DNA from: a virus
Taxonomy: Duplodnaviria; Caudoviricetes
Virus record (IMG/VR): IMGVR_UViG_3300044712_001509
Location: 1,279 to 65,278 of that record
DNA: 64,000 nt
Strand: one strand, 5' to 3'
The notes below the pieces were generated by a model. That model saw only the letters and a list, made by a program, of their open reading frames with translations. It had not been told where the DNA came from and did not search any database. This document shows, in pieces, positions 1 to 9,300 of this stretch (the first letter of the stretch is position 1; each line of letters opens with the position of its first letter). The position numbers were made by a program, and so were the translations under genes.

Positions 1-1
1 C

Positions 2-772
2 TCGCCCGGGGACCGCGAGCGGGGCGGCGCAGCGTGGGGCAATGGAAGCGGCGGAGGGGTCATGCGCGGCGCCGCGGGAAACTTCTCGCAGCCCTCCGGC
101 CGCTGGCCCCCGAACGTCCTCATGAGCCATGACCCGGGGTGCAACGGGACGTGCGCCCCCGGGTGCCCCGTCGCCGAGCTCGACCGGCAGAGCGGGGAGG
201 CGGGCGGCGGGTTCGGCGTCCGCGGTTCCGGCCCGCTCGACGGGCGCACCTCGTTCGCGCTTCCCGGGCAGGGGCAGGTCGTTGGGTTCGGGGACGCGGG
301 CGGCGCCTCGCGGTTCTTTCCGATCTTCCGCTACGTCGCGAAGCCGGCCCGCTCGGAGCGGGACGCCGGCCTCCACGACCTCGAGGCGAAGTCCGGCGGC
401 GACGCGACCGACCGCGAGGACGGGTCCGCGGGCCTGCGCTCCCCCCGCGCCGGGGCCGGCCGCAACGGCGGCGCCCGCAACCACCACCCCACCGTCAAGC
501 CGGTGGAGCTCATGGAGTGGCTCTGCCGCCTCGTCACGCCGAAGGGCGGCACCGTCCTCGACCCCTTCCTCGGCTCCGGGACGACCGGGATGGCCGCTGT
601 CCGGATGGGCTTCGACTTCATCGGGATCGAGCGCGAGGCCGAGTACGTCGAGCTCGCGACCCGGCGCATCGCCCTCGCCGCCAACGCGCCCAGGTCCAAG
701 CCCGTCGGCGCCCTCGAGCGGGCCGAGGCGGCCGACCCTCGCCAGCCCTCGCTGTTCGGAGACGCCGCATGA
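2..772 (+). CDS. Site-specific DNA methyltransferase (N4/N6 type), 5'-truncated by the window
   Basis: HPTVKP, VLDPFLGSGTTG SAM-binding motif, FIGIERE; frame open from position 2. Confidence 0.9.
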   Translation, partial: SPGDRERGGAAWGNGSGGGVMRGAAGNFSQPSGRWPPNVLMSHDPGCNGTCAPGCPVAELDRQSGEAGGGFGVRGSGPLDGRTSFALPGQGQVVGFGDAGGASRFFPIFRYVAKPARSERDAGLHDLEAKSGGDATDREDGSAGLRSPRAGAGRNGGARNHHPTVKPVELMEWLCRLVTPKGGTVLDPFLGSGTTGMAAVRMGFDFIGIEREAEYVELATRRIALAANAPRSKPVGALERAEAADPRQPSLFGDAA

Positions 773-966
773 CCCCCAAGGAAGTCGAGAAGGTCCTCAA
801 CCTGGCGGCGACGTGCGCGTCGGAGGGGTACCCGGCCATCGCGCTCCGGTACCTCGCCACGGCGGAGCGGGCCCTCTGGGCGCAGCTCGGCCGCCAGATG
901 GAGGCGAGGGAGGCGGCGCGCGGGCGCCCGGGGCTGCGGCTCGTGGCTGGCGGAGGGGAGGGGTAG
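769..966 (+). CDS. Small helical hypothetical protein
   Basis: ATGA overlap with MTase stop; MTPKEVEKVLNLAA. Confidence 0.6.
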   Translation: MTPKEVEKVLNLAATCASEGYPAIALRYLATAERALWAQLGRQMEAREAARGRPGLRLVAGGGEG

Positions 967-1446
967 ATGGGACGCAGGGACCCCGACCTGTGCCAGTGGG
1001 CCGACTGCGCCGTCTCTCGCATGTGGGGCCGGGACTGCTGCCGAGCGCACCTACGCGAGTGGGAAGACGCGGTGTTCCGGGCCCAGGTGGCGGCGCTGGA
1101 GCACGGAGACGCCATCCCCGGGCACTGGGACTCCGTCGATGCGGACCCTGCCTGGCGTAAGCGGTGGTGGGAGCCGAAGCCGCTCGGGCGGCGCCCTCTG
1201 CCCGCAGAGACGCGACGCGACCTCGCCGCCAGGTACGGCGGGCGAGAGGGATCGGTCACGACCATCGTATGCGCGCGCTGTGGGGCGGTCGGCGAACTCC
1301 AGTGGACCTCGGCGCGCCCTCGCTTCTCCGGGCTGCACATCGACCACGTCTACCCCGTGCTTCATGGCGGCGGAAACGAGGTCGCGAACCTCCAGCTTCT
1401 CTGTCCGACCTGCAACCTCAAGAAGCACGCGAAGGTCGGGGGGTAA
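967..1446 (+). CDS. HNH endonuclease
   Basis: CARCG...HIDHVYPVLHGGGNEVANLQLLCPTCNLKK. Confidence 0.9.
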   Translation: MGRRDPDLCQWADCAVSRMWGRDCCRAHLREWEDAVFRAQVAALEHGDAIPGHWDSVDADPAWRKRWWEPKPLGRRPLPAETRRDLAARYGGREGSVTTIVCARCGAVGELQWTSARPRFSGLHIDHVYPVLHGGGNEVANLQLLCPTCNLKKHAKVGG

Positions 1447-1450
1447 GGCG

Positions 1451-2527
1451 ATGGGCTTCTCGATGCCGTTCTTCCCCATCTACGCCGCCGAGATGCTTGC
1501 GGACGGCCGGTTCCAGGGGTGGTCGCTCGAGGAGCGCGGCGCGTGGGTGACGCTCCTCGCGTACGCCTGGAACGACGGCTCGATCCCTGCCGCGCACACC
1601 CAGCTCGCCAGGCTCCTCCGCGTCGAGAGCGGGGAGATGGCTCGCATTTGGTCTGCCATCGGCGACCGCTTCGCGGCGCACCCGACGGAGCAGGGCCGGC
1701 TCATCTCTCCGCGCCTGGAGGACGAGCGAGACAAGGCGGTCCAGATCGGCCGCAAGAGGGCGGCGGCAGGACGGGAGGGGGCTAAGGCCCGGTGGGGAGA
1801 GAAGAATCGGCGCCGTGGCAAGCGCATGCGTTTGCCATCCGAGACGCATAGCGGAGCCGATGGGTCGGCCACTGCGGTCGCAGTGGCAAAAAATAGCACT
1901 CCACCTTCACCACCACCTCCACCTCCACAAGAAGCAGCAGCAGCGGTCGCGCCGGCTCGGGTCGCTGCCGGTGCCCCCGATGATGACCTGCCCCCTCGGA
2001 GCCTCGGGGTCGTCGACGAGGGCGGAGGCGCGCCGCCCCCGGAGCGGTGGCCGAAGGCGCGGTCGTTCCGGGAGGCGCTCACCGCGTCGATGGCCCGGAC
2101 CGCGCTCTACCCGATCGGCGGGAACGAGCCGACGGTCCTGACGTCGCTTGAGGCCTCCCTCGGCGTCATCCCCGAGGCCGACGCGGTCGCCATCTGCCGG
2201 CAGCGGATCCTCGACGCCATCGCCGCTCGGAAGCCGCAGCCCGGTTCCCTGGCCTACTTCGCCCAGGTCCTCGCGGACGAGGCGGTCCGCCGACGCGCGG
2301 TCGCCGCGGCGGCGCCCCCGCCCGCGCCGGTGGTGGAGCTCGATGCCGGGTGGCTGGCGCACCTCGGGCCGCGGCGCGCGGCCGCCGAGGAGGCGTGGGA
2401 CGAGCTCCGCGAGCGCGTGGCTCGCAGCGCCTACCCGGACGCCCTGCCTCGGCTCCTCGGTGAGGCGCGGGCTCAGCTCATGGCCGAGTTCTCGGAGGCG
2501 CCCGTCGGCGCCGCAGGGGGTGCGTGA
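1451..2527 (+). CDS. DUF1376/YdaU-like replication initiator
   Basis: PFFPIYAAEMLAD...SLEERGAWVTLLAYAW; RAAAGREGAKARW; poly-Pro linker. Confidence 0.75.
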   Translation: MGFSMPFFPIYAAEMLADGRFQGWSLEERGAWVTLLAYAWNDGSIPAAHTQLARLLRVESGEMARIWSAIGDRFAAHPTEQGRLISPRLEDERDKAVQIGRKRAAAGREGAKARWGEKNRRRGKRMRLPSETHSGADGSATAVAVAKNSTPPSPPPPPPQEAAAAVAPARVAAGAPDDDLPPRSLGVVDEGGGAPPPERWPKARSFREALTASMARTALYPIGGNEPTVLTSLEASLGVIPEADAVAICRQRILDAIAARKPQPGSLAYFAQVLADEAVRRRAVAAAAPPPAPVVELDAGWLAHLGPRRAAAEEAWDELRERVARSAYPDALPRLLGEARAQLMAEFSEAPVGAAGGA

Positions 2528-2730
2528 TGCTCGAGACGTTCGAGGCGGTGTTGCGGTTCGGCGGCCTGTGGTTCCTCGTGGCCCTGGGTGTCGCCGCGCC
2601 GTTCGCGGTCGCGTCCTGGTGGCGGGACGAGGATCCCGACTACCACCTCCCGGCGCCCGAGGAGCCGCTCGACTGGCGGGCGCGGCGCTACCACCGCGGG
2701 AACGTGATCTTCCTCGGGAGGCGGCCGTGA
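2524..2730 (+). CDS. Small membrane protein
   Basis: GTGA overlap; one hydrophobic segment. Confidence 0.55.
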   Translation: MMLETFEAVLRFGGLWFLVALGVAAPFAVASWWRDEDPDYHLPAPEEPLDWRARRYHRGNVIFLGRRP

Positions 2731-2933
2731 ACGGTCTCGGCGGGAAGGTGAAGCTCTGCCAGCACGTCCTCACCGACGGGCCGCGCGCGGGCCAGGTCTG
2801 CGGGCGGCGGTATCAGGCCGGAACGCGGCCGGACGGGACGGAGCGCGACGCCTGCCAGAACCACCGGCCGCCGCCCCCGTCGCGGCCGGTCCACCCCTCG
2901 GCGCCCCGCGGGCCGCGGCTGGGGGCGCCGTGA
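2727..2933 (+). CDS. Small Zn-finger-like protein
   Basis: CQHVLTDGPRAGQVCGR...ACQNH; GTGA overlaps at both ends. Confidence 0.55.
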   Translation: MNGLGGKVKLCQHVLTDGPRAGQVCGRRYQAGTRPDGTERDACQNHRPPPPSRPVHPSAPRGPRLGAP

Positions 2934-3760
2934 CCGTCTCGTTCACTGTCCCCGGCCCGTCGGACCTCCGCGCTGTCGCCGCTCTCCTCGCTCCGGACTT
3001 CACCGAGGTTGCGTTTGTCGACGTCCCTGGCGAGCCGCCATCGAAGCGCCGTCCCCGGTTCGGAGCCGGTCGCGGCTATGCGGATGCGGAGCAGTCGACC
3101 GCGGAGACGCGGACCGCCGCCTACTTGCGCCAGAAGATCCGCGGGACGCTGGATGGTTCAGTGGTGCTCGTGTGCCGGTTCGTTCGGGGGTCGTACCAGC
3201 GAATCGACGTCGACAACCTCCTCAAGCACGTCTGCGATTCGGCGAACCTTGCACGGATCTGGCGCGACGACTCACAGGTGAAGGTGATCGTCGGGACCCT
3301 ATCGTTCGCGCCCGGGCAAGCCAAGACCGAGATCCTGGTGGGACGTACTGCCGCTGCGACGCGACCCGCGGAGGCGCCCAAGACCTGCGGACACTGCGGG
3401 AAGGCGTTCCGGTCCTTCATGCCGAACGCCAAGCACTGCTCAGTGGAGTGCGCGAACAAGCACCGGGGGACCGACCTCACGCAGCCGCGGACGTGTTTCA
3501 CCTGCGGGATCGCGTTCCGGGCCCGAAACGGAGGGCAAAGATACTGCGGTGATGCATGCAGACTGGTGGGCCTGCACAAGCATATCCGCCGCAACACACG
3601 TGCGAATCCCCGCCCCGCTTCCCGCTGTGCGCTGTGCGGTAGTCCCGTGAGCCGGCCCGAGTATCGCCGGTGCCGCGCGTGCTGGAAGAAGAACGCAGGT
3701 CGTCCCCGCACCGAGATCACGCTCACGCCGCTGCCCAACCCCTCACCGCCGGAGGTCTGA
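2930..3760 (+). CDS. rusA: RusA-family Holliday junction resolvase with C-terminal CxxC zinc fingers
   Basis: VPGEPPSKRRPR, DVDNLLKHVCDS, WRDDSQV; then CGHC/CSVEC/CFTC/CGDAC/CALC motifs. Confidence 0.8.
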   Translation: MTVSFTVPGPSDLRAVAALLAPDFTEVAFVDVPGEPPSKRRPRFGAGRGYADAEQSTAETRTAAYLRQKIRGTLDGSVVLVCRFVRGSYQRIDVDNLLKHVCDSANLARIWRDDSQVKVIVGTLSFAPGQAKTEILVGRTAAATRPAEAPKTCGHCGKAFRSFMPNAKHCSVECANKHRGTDLTQPRTCFTCGIAFRARNGGQRYCGDACRLVGLHKHIRRNTRANPRPASRCALCGSPVSRPEYRRCRACWKKNAGRPRTEITLTPLPNPSPPEV

Positions 3761-3762
3761 CC

Positions 3763-4197
3763 TTGCGCCTCGTCATCCTCGAGTCGCCGTTCGCCGGGCG
3801 CCCGAAGGGCTGGATCGCTCGGGTCCCCGGCCTCCGCCGCCTCGCCGCCGCCGTGCTCCGGTGGCGCAACATCCGGTACGCCCGCGCCGCGGTGCGGGAC
3901 TCCATCCTCCGGGGCGAGTCGCCGATCGCGAGCCATCTGCTCTTCACCCAGCCCGGGATCCTGCGGGACGACCGCGTCGGCGAGCGCGCCCTCGGCATCG
4001 CGGCGGGCCTGATCTGGGGGGAGACGGCGCTCTACTTCAGCCGGCACGACGCCCCCCTCTCGGCCTTCTACATCGACCTCGGGATCACCGAGGGGATGCT
4101 CCTCGGCGCGGAGCGCGCGGCGCGGCAGGGCCGGGCCGTCGATCACCGCCGGGTGAGGGGCTGGCGGACCCCGTGGTGGGCGAGGTGGGCGGCGTAG
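3763..4197 (+). CDS. Conserved phage protein, nucleoside 2-deoxyribosyltransferase-like fold
   Basis: RLVILESPFAG...YARAAVRDSILRGESPIASHLLFTQPGILRDD...YIDLGITEGM. Confidence 0.7.
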   Translation: MRLVILESPFAGRPKGWIARVPGLRRLAAAVLRWRNIRYARAAVRDSILRGESPIASHLLFTQPGILRDDRVGERALGIAAGLIWGETALYFSRHDAPLSAFYIDLGITEGMLLGAERAARQGRAVDHRRVRGWRTPWWARWAA

Positions 4198-4211
4198 CCC
4201 CGGAGGCGGCG

Positions 4212-4472
4212 ATGCGCGATCACGCGGTGCAGCGACTCGCAGAGCGGCACGGGATCCGGCGGAACCCCGAGGGCATCATCGCGGCGGCGCGGGCCCGCAT
4301 CCTCGCCGGCGAGGCGAAGTTCATCGGCCCGGCGAAGGCCGGCCGCTCCCTCTGGTCCGTCTACGTCGCCGGGCGCCGCATCCGGGTGATCTGGGAGGAG
4401 GCCGCCCTGACCATCGTCACGGTCCTGCCCGCGCGCCGCCGCGGCCGGGCCAGCGATGCGGAGGCCGCCTGA
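4212..4472 (+). CDS. Small protein, possible BECR/DUF4258-like RNase fold
   Basis: GGAGG RBS; DHAVQRLAER...IRVIW...TIVTVLP. Confidence 0.55.
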   Translation: MRDHAVQRLAERHGIRRNPEGIIAAARARILAGEAKFIGPAKAGRSLWSVYVAGRRIRVIWEEAALTIVTVLPARRRGRASDAEAA

Positions 4473-4834
4473 TGTTCTCCGAGGCCCAGCTCGTGCTCGT
4501 GCTCGCCCACCTCGCGGCGACGCTCCCCCGCCACGTCTTCCGGTGCCCCCGGTGCTGGCAGGAGTTCATCGACTGGGCACCCGACGCGGTGGCCTGCCAC
4601 GAGTGCCGCGGCCGGGACCGGCGCGCCGCCGCCGCGGCCTTCGACCGGGCCCACACGGCGGAGCCGGAGCGCCGGGCCGGCCACTTCCCGGACCTCGGCT
4701 CGCCCCTCGCCTCGTGCTGGAGCGTCGTCCCGCTCCCGCCGAGCGGCCGCGTCCGGCCTCACCCGACCCTCGACCAGCTCGACCGGATGCCCGCGCCGCG
4801 GCGCGTCCGCGTCGAGTGCGCCTGGGAGGCCTGA
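4472..4834 (+). CDS. Hypothetical Zn-binding protein
   Basis: CPRC...CHEC; TGATG coupling. Confidence 0.55.
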   Translation: MFSEAQLVLVLAHLAATLPRHVFRCPRCWQEFIDWAPDAVACHECRGRDRRAAAAAFDRAHTAEPERRAGHFPDLGSPLASCWSVVPLPPSGRVRPHPTLDQLDRMPAPRRVRVECAWEA

Positions 4835-5385
4835 TGTACGTCCCCGCCGCCGCCGAGTCCGCCCTCTGGGCCCTGGTCCGCCTCGGGATCCGCCGCGGCG
4901 GGCCGGACCAGCGCATCGCCGAGGCCGCCGCCGACGTCCTGCGCCCGCCGCCGCCCCCTCTCGCCCACGGCAGCGCTCAGCGGGTCTTCTGGGGGGTGGA
5001 CGCGGACGGCCTCCCGGTCCGCCCGTGGCGGGTGGACCCCGCCGACATCGTCCAGTGCGTCGCGCTGCACGGGGACGTCCCCGCTCATATCTGCGTCGCC
5101 CGCCAGGTCGCCTCGGACGCCCAGCGCACCACCGACCTAGAGCGCGGCCAGGCCTCCGACTACCCCCACTGCGTCACCGCGCGGTGCGCCCAGGGTCGCG
5201 GCATCCGCGAGGCCCTCGACCCGACCTGTCGGCCCACCTGGCGCGGCGCCGGGCCCAACGGCCGGTTCGACCGCGGGAGGCACGACGCCCCCGAGCAGCG
5301 CGAGGCCTACCAGCGCAAGGCCGCCGTCGGTCTGGTCGACGCCGTGCCATCCATCGATGAGGAGCCCCCCGAGGAGGGGGAATAG
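4834..5385 (+). CDS. Hypothetical Cys-containing protein immediately upstream of the terminases
   Basis: TGATG coupling after GGAGG; CVAL...CVARQ...CVTARCAQG. Confidence 0.6.
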   Translation: MYVPAAAESALWALVRLGIRRGGPDQRIAEAAADVLRPPPPPLAHGSAQRVFWGVDADGLPVRPWRVDPADIVQCVALHGDVPAHICVARQVASDAQRTTDLERGQASDYPHCVTARCAQGRGIREALDPTCRPTWRGAGPNGRFDRGRHDAPEQREAYQRKAAVGLVDAVPSIDEEPPEEGE

Positions 5386-5388
5386 GTC

Positions 5389-5802
5389 ATGGCGAAGCGA
5401 AGCAAGGACAAGGCCAAGTCCCGACCGCCTGAGAACAGGGGGTCTGAGGGTACCCGCAACGCGGCGGGCCAGTTCGTCAAGGGCGTCTCCGGGAATCCCG
5501 GCGGCCGCCCTCGAGGCCAGCGAGAGTTCGCCGAGCTCCTCCGGTCGATGACCGGCGACATGCAGCTCCAGGCGAAGTTCTGCGTCGACCTCGTCGACGG
5601 GAAGGTCAAGAAGGCGCCGGCGATGGTGCGGCTCATGGCGGCGCAGTGGCTCACCGACCGGACCATCGGCAAGGCGCCCGACAAGCTCGAGCTCACCGGG
5701 AAGGACGGCGGCCCGGTCGAGGTGAACGACGCCCGCGAGCGCCTGGCGCAGCGCATCGCCGCGCTCCTAAAGGCCACGGGCGAGAAGCCTCCGACCGGAT
5801 GA
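5389..5802 (+). CDS. terS: Terminase small subunit (DUF5681-like)
   Basis: GQFVKGVSGNPGGRP; ELTGKDGGPVE; directly upstream of TerL. Confidence 0.85.
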   Translation: MAKRSKDKAKSRPPENRGSEGTRNAAGQFVKGVSGNPGGRPRGQREFAELLRSMTGDMQLQAKFCVDLVDGKVKKAPAMVRLMAAQWLTDRTIGKAPDKLELTGKDGGPVEVNDARERLAQRIAALLKATGEKPPTG

Positions 5803-7268
5803 CGGACCGCCTCGCCGAGCTCGCCGCGGAGGTGGCGCGCCTGCGCCGCGCACCGCCGGCGGCGCCGCCCCGCGCGGTCGTGCCCCCGCCCCCGCCGCCC
5901 CCGGTCGAGGAGCCGGACGACCCCGGGCCACCGACGCGGCCGCACGCTCTCGCCTCGGGGTTCGTCGAGGGTCTCCGGGGCGCGCCGCCGTCCGTTGTCG
6001 CCTCCGCCATCGCGGACCTTTCGGACAAGGAGGCCGAGGCCCTGCTCTACGACTGGCGGGGGATCTGGGCCCGCCCGGATCAGGTCACGCCCCCCGGCGA
6101 GTGGCTGACCTGGCTCATCCTCTCCGGCCGCGGGTGGGGCAAGACGCGGACCGGCGCGCAGTGGGTGATCGAGAACGCCCGCGCGCACCCGGGGTGGCGG
6201 TGGTCCCTGATCGCCCGCACCGCGGCCGACGTGCGCGACACCATGGTCGAGGGGGAGTCGGGGCTCATCGCGTGCTCGCCGCCGGACTTCACGCCCGAGT
6301 ACGAGCCGTCGAAGCGCCGCCTCACATGGCCGAACGGGTTCATCGCGACGACGTTCACGGCCGAGGAGCCCGACGCCCTCCGCGGCCCCCAGCATCACGG
6401 CGCCTGGGCCGACGAGCTCGCCTCGTGGAAGTACCTCGAGGACACCTGGGACAACATGCAGTTTGGCCTCCGCCTCGGCGAGCGGCCGCGCGTCCTCGTG
6501 ACGACGACGCCGCGTCCGGTGAAGGTCCTCCGGGAGCTCATGGCGGACCCGACGACGGTCATCACCCGGGGCTCCACCTTCGACAACGCGGCGAACCTCG
6601 CCGCGCCGCAACTCGCCAAACTCCGCGCCAAGTATGAGGGGACGCGCCTCGGCCGCCAGGAGCTCAACGGCGAGGTCCTCGACGACGTGCCCGGCGCGCT
6701 CTGGACGCGGGCCATCATCGACGCGGCCCGGGTCAAGAAGGCGCCCGAGCTCGTGCGGATCGTCGTCGCGATCGACCCGGCGGTGACCAGCGGCGAGGAG
6801 TCCGACGACACCGGCATCATCGTGATCGGGAAGGGGACGGACGGGCACCTCTACGTCCTCGCCGACCGGACGTGCCACCTGTCGCCCGATGCCTGGGCGC
6901 GCCGCGCCGTCGTCGCCTATGACGAGTTCCGGGCGGACCGCATCGTCGGCGAGGTCAACAACGGCGGGGACCTCGTCGAGCACACGATCCGCACCGTGCG
7001 GAAGACGCTCCCCTTCAACGCGGTCCGGGCGAGCCGCGGCAAGCGGGTGCGCGCCGAGCCGGTGTCGGCTCTCTACGAGCAGGGGAAGGTCCACCACGTC
7101 GGCTCGTTCGCCGAGCTCGAGGACCAGATGTGCACCTTCCTCCCCGAGGGGAACGAGAAGAGTCCGGACCGCGTGGACGCCCTGGTCTGGGGCGCGGCCG
7201 AACTGATCGAGGGTCTCATCCCCACGTTCGGTGACGTCGAGAAGCCGAAAATGCCGCGCCGGTGGTGA
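5799..7268 (+). CDS. terL: Terminase large subunit
   Basis: Walker A GRGWGKT, Walker B WADE, TTTP, nuclease VAIDPA, SPDRVDA. Confidence 0.95.
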   Translation: MTDRLAELAAEVARLRRAPPAAPPRAVVPPPPPPPVEEPDDPGPPTRPHALASGFVEGLRGAPPSVVASAIADLSDKEAEALLYDWRGIWARPDQVTPPGEWLTWLILSGRGWGKTRTGAQWVIENARAHPGWRWSLIARTAADVRDTMVEGESGLIACSPPDFTPEYEPSKRRLTWPNGFIATTFTAEEPDALRGPQHHGAWADELASWKYLEDTWDNMQFGLRLGERPRVLVTTTPRPVKVLRELMADPTTVITRGSTFDNAANLAAPQLAKLRAKYEGTRLGRQELNGEVLDDVPGALWTRAIIDAARVKKAPELVRIVVAIDPAVTSGEESDDTGIIVIGKGTDGHLYVLADRTCHLSPDAWARRAVVAYDEFRADRIVGEVNNGGDLVEHTIRTVRKTLPFNAVRASRGKRVRAEPVSALYEQGKVHHVGSFAELEDQMCTFLPEGNEKSPDRVDALVWGAAELIEGLIPTFGDVEKPKMPRRW

Positions 7269-7286
7269 GGGTGCAACCGCGCAGGG

Positions 7287-7321
7287 TTGTGCAACGCGCG
7301 CAAGCGTGCAACCCGCACCCG
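7287..7321 (+). promoter_or_regulatory. Putative late promoter, copy 1
   Basis: TTGTGC-N12-CGTGCAACCCGC-N4-GTG; same geometry at 15614, 32627 and 33246. Confidence 0.65.
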
Positions 7322-9300
7322 TGAGCGACGACATCCGGGGACTGAGGGAGCGGGCGGGGCTGACGCAGGCCGCGCTCGCCGAGCGCGCGGGCGTCTCCCG
7401 CCGCACGGTGGCGACGGTCGAGGCGGGCGGGGCTATCTCCCGCCGCAGCGAGGGCCGGCTCCTCGCCGCGCTCGCCGCCAAGGGCCCGCCGCCCGCGCTC
7501 CGGAACGACGCCATCGTCGCCCCCGCCGCGGCCGCCGCGCCGGCGCTCCCCGAGCCCCCGCCCGAGCAGACCGTCAAGGTCGAGGGCCGCACCATCCGGA
7601 TCCAGGTCCAGCGGTACCAGGACCTCCCCGTCGTCTCCGCGGAGACCCAGTACGACACCGTCGTCGCCGTCCGCGCCGCGCTGACGCAGCTCATGCAGGG
7701 GAGCTTCGCGGGCGCCTCCGAGATGATCGAGGCGATGATCGCCGACGACCGGATCGCCGGCGTCACCTCCCAGCGCATCGACGGGCTCTTCGGCCTCCCG
7801 TTCGAGCTCGCGCCCGCCCTCGAGGACGACGCCTTCGCCTCCGCCCTCGCCGAGCAGGTCGGGACGCTCTGGCCCCGCATCGCCCCCGACGCCGTCCTCC
7901 GGGATCTCTGGCTGTGGGGTCGCTTCCTCGGGTACGGCGTCGCGGAGAAGCTCTACGACACCGAGTCGCCCGATGGCTGGGTGCCGACGCTCAAGTTCTG
8001 GCACCCGCGCTACATGTACTGGCGGTGGCCCGCCGGCGACGAGCGCGAGGGGCGCCTCGTCATCAACACGCGCACGGGCCCGGTCGAGGTGTGGATCAGC
8101 GAGTCCGACGGCCTCGTCCACTCCAAGGGGCCCGACGGCCTCGAGCAGATCGGCCACTGGGTCATCTACGCGCCGTTCGGATGGTCGCGCGGGTGGGTCA
8201 AGGCGATGGTGCGGTCGCTCGCGATCCCCTGGCTCTTCCGCCAGTTCGGATACCGCGACTGGGGCCGCTACAACGAGGTCCACGGCCTTCCGATCCGCGG
8301 CATCATCGAGCCCGCCGAATGGGACGACGCCGAGAAGAAGAAGGCGCTCCGCGAGGTCGCCTCCCTCGCCGGCGAGTCGGTGGTGCGGCTCCCGCAGCGC
8401 GCCGACGGGAAGGGCTTCGACCTCAAGTTGATCGAGGCCTCGGCGCAGACCTACGACTCGTTCAAACTCGCGCTCGAGCAGGCCAACTCCTCCGTCGCGA
8501 TCGTCATCCTCGGCCAGAACCTCACCACCGAGGTGAAGGGCGGCGCCTACTCCGCCGCCCAGGTGCACGAGCGGGTCGCCGCGGCGATCCTCCGCTCCGA
8601 CGCGACCACGCTCTCCGCCACCCTGCGCGCCCAGGTCCTCGTCGAGTGGGCCGCGCTCAACCACGGGCCGAAGGCCGACGGGAAGGCGCCGCGGCCGGCC
8701 TGGGACACCGAGCCGCCCGAGGACAAGAAGGCGGCCGCCGAGGCGCTCAACACGACGGCGACGGGCCTCGCCACCCTCCGGAAGACGCGGCTCCCGGTCG
8801 ACTACGCGAAGCTCTGCGAGCAGCGCGGGATCCCCGTCCTCGCCGGCGCGCCGTTCCCCGAGCCGGACGACGTCGACGGCGGCGGGGACGCCGGAGGCGC
8901 GGGCGAGGACGACGACCCCAAGGCGAAGAAGGGCAAGGCGGCGCTCTCGGCGGTCCGCCGCCACGCGAAGGCGATCCGGGTGGCGCTGGGCGCCGGCGGG
9001 CTGAGCCGCCGGGACCGGGCGCCGCTGCAGGGGCAGGCCTACGTCGACGAGCTCGCCGAGGCCGGGCGGGACGAGGCGGCCAAGGTCCTCCGCGGGGACG
9101 TGAAGGCGCTCCGGGCGGTGGTGATGGCGGCGAAGGCCGGGCCGGACGGGAAGGTCGACGCCGCCGCCCTGCGCGCCGAGCTCGCCCGCGTCCTGGGCGA
9201 GATGGAGCCGGCCGCCCTCGCCGCGGTGCTGGGGCGGTGCATGGTCCTGGCGAACCTATCCGGGCGCTACGCGGTGACCAAGGAGGTCATCTCCGAGTGA
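7321..9300 (+). CDS. Mu gp29-like (DUF935) portal protein with N-terminal XRE helix-turn-helix
   Basis: IRGLRERAGLTQAALAERAGVSRRTVATVE, then LGYGVAE, HGLP, ILGQNLTTE, AAQVHERV. Confidence 0.88.
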   Translation: MSDDIRGLRERAGLTQAALAERAGVSRRTVATVEAGGAISRRSEGRLLAALAAKGPPPALRNDAIVAPAAAAAPALPEPPPEQTVKVEGRTIRIQVQRYQDLPVVSAETQYDTVVAVRAALTQLMQGSFAGASEMIEAMIADDRIAGVTSQRIDGLFGLPFELAPALEDDAFASALAEQVGTLWPRIAPDAVLRDLWLWGRFLGYGVAEKLYDTESPDGWVPTLKFWHPRYMYWRWPAGDEREGRLVINTRTGPVEVWISESDGLVHSKGPDGLEQIGHWVIYAPFGWSRGWVKAMVRSLAIPWLFRQFGYRDWGRYNEVHGLPIRGIIEPAEWDDAEKKKALREVASLAGESVVRLPQRADGKGFDLKLIEASAQTYDSFKLALEQANSSVAIVILGQNLTTEVKGGAYSAAQVHERVAAAILRSDATTLSATLRAQVLVEWAALNHGPKADGKAPRPAWDTEPPEDKKAAAEALNTTATGLATLRKTRLPVDYAKLCEQRGIPVLAGAPFPEPDDVDGGGDAGGAGEDDDPKAKKGKAALSAVRRHAKAIRVALGAGGLSRRDRAPLQGQAYVDELAEAGRDEAAKVLRGDVKALRAVVMAAKAGPDGKVDAAALRAELARVLGEMEPAALAAVLGRCMVLANLSGRYAVTKEVISE

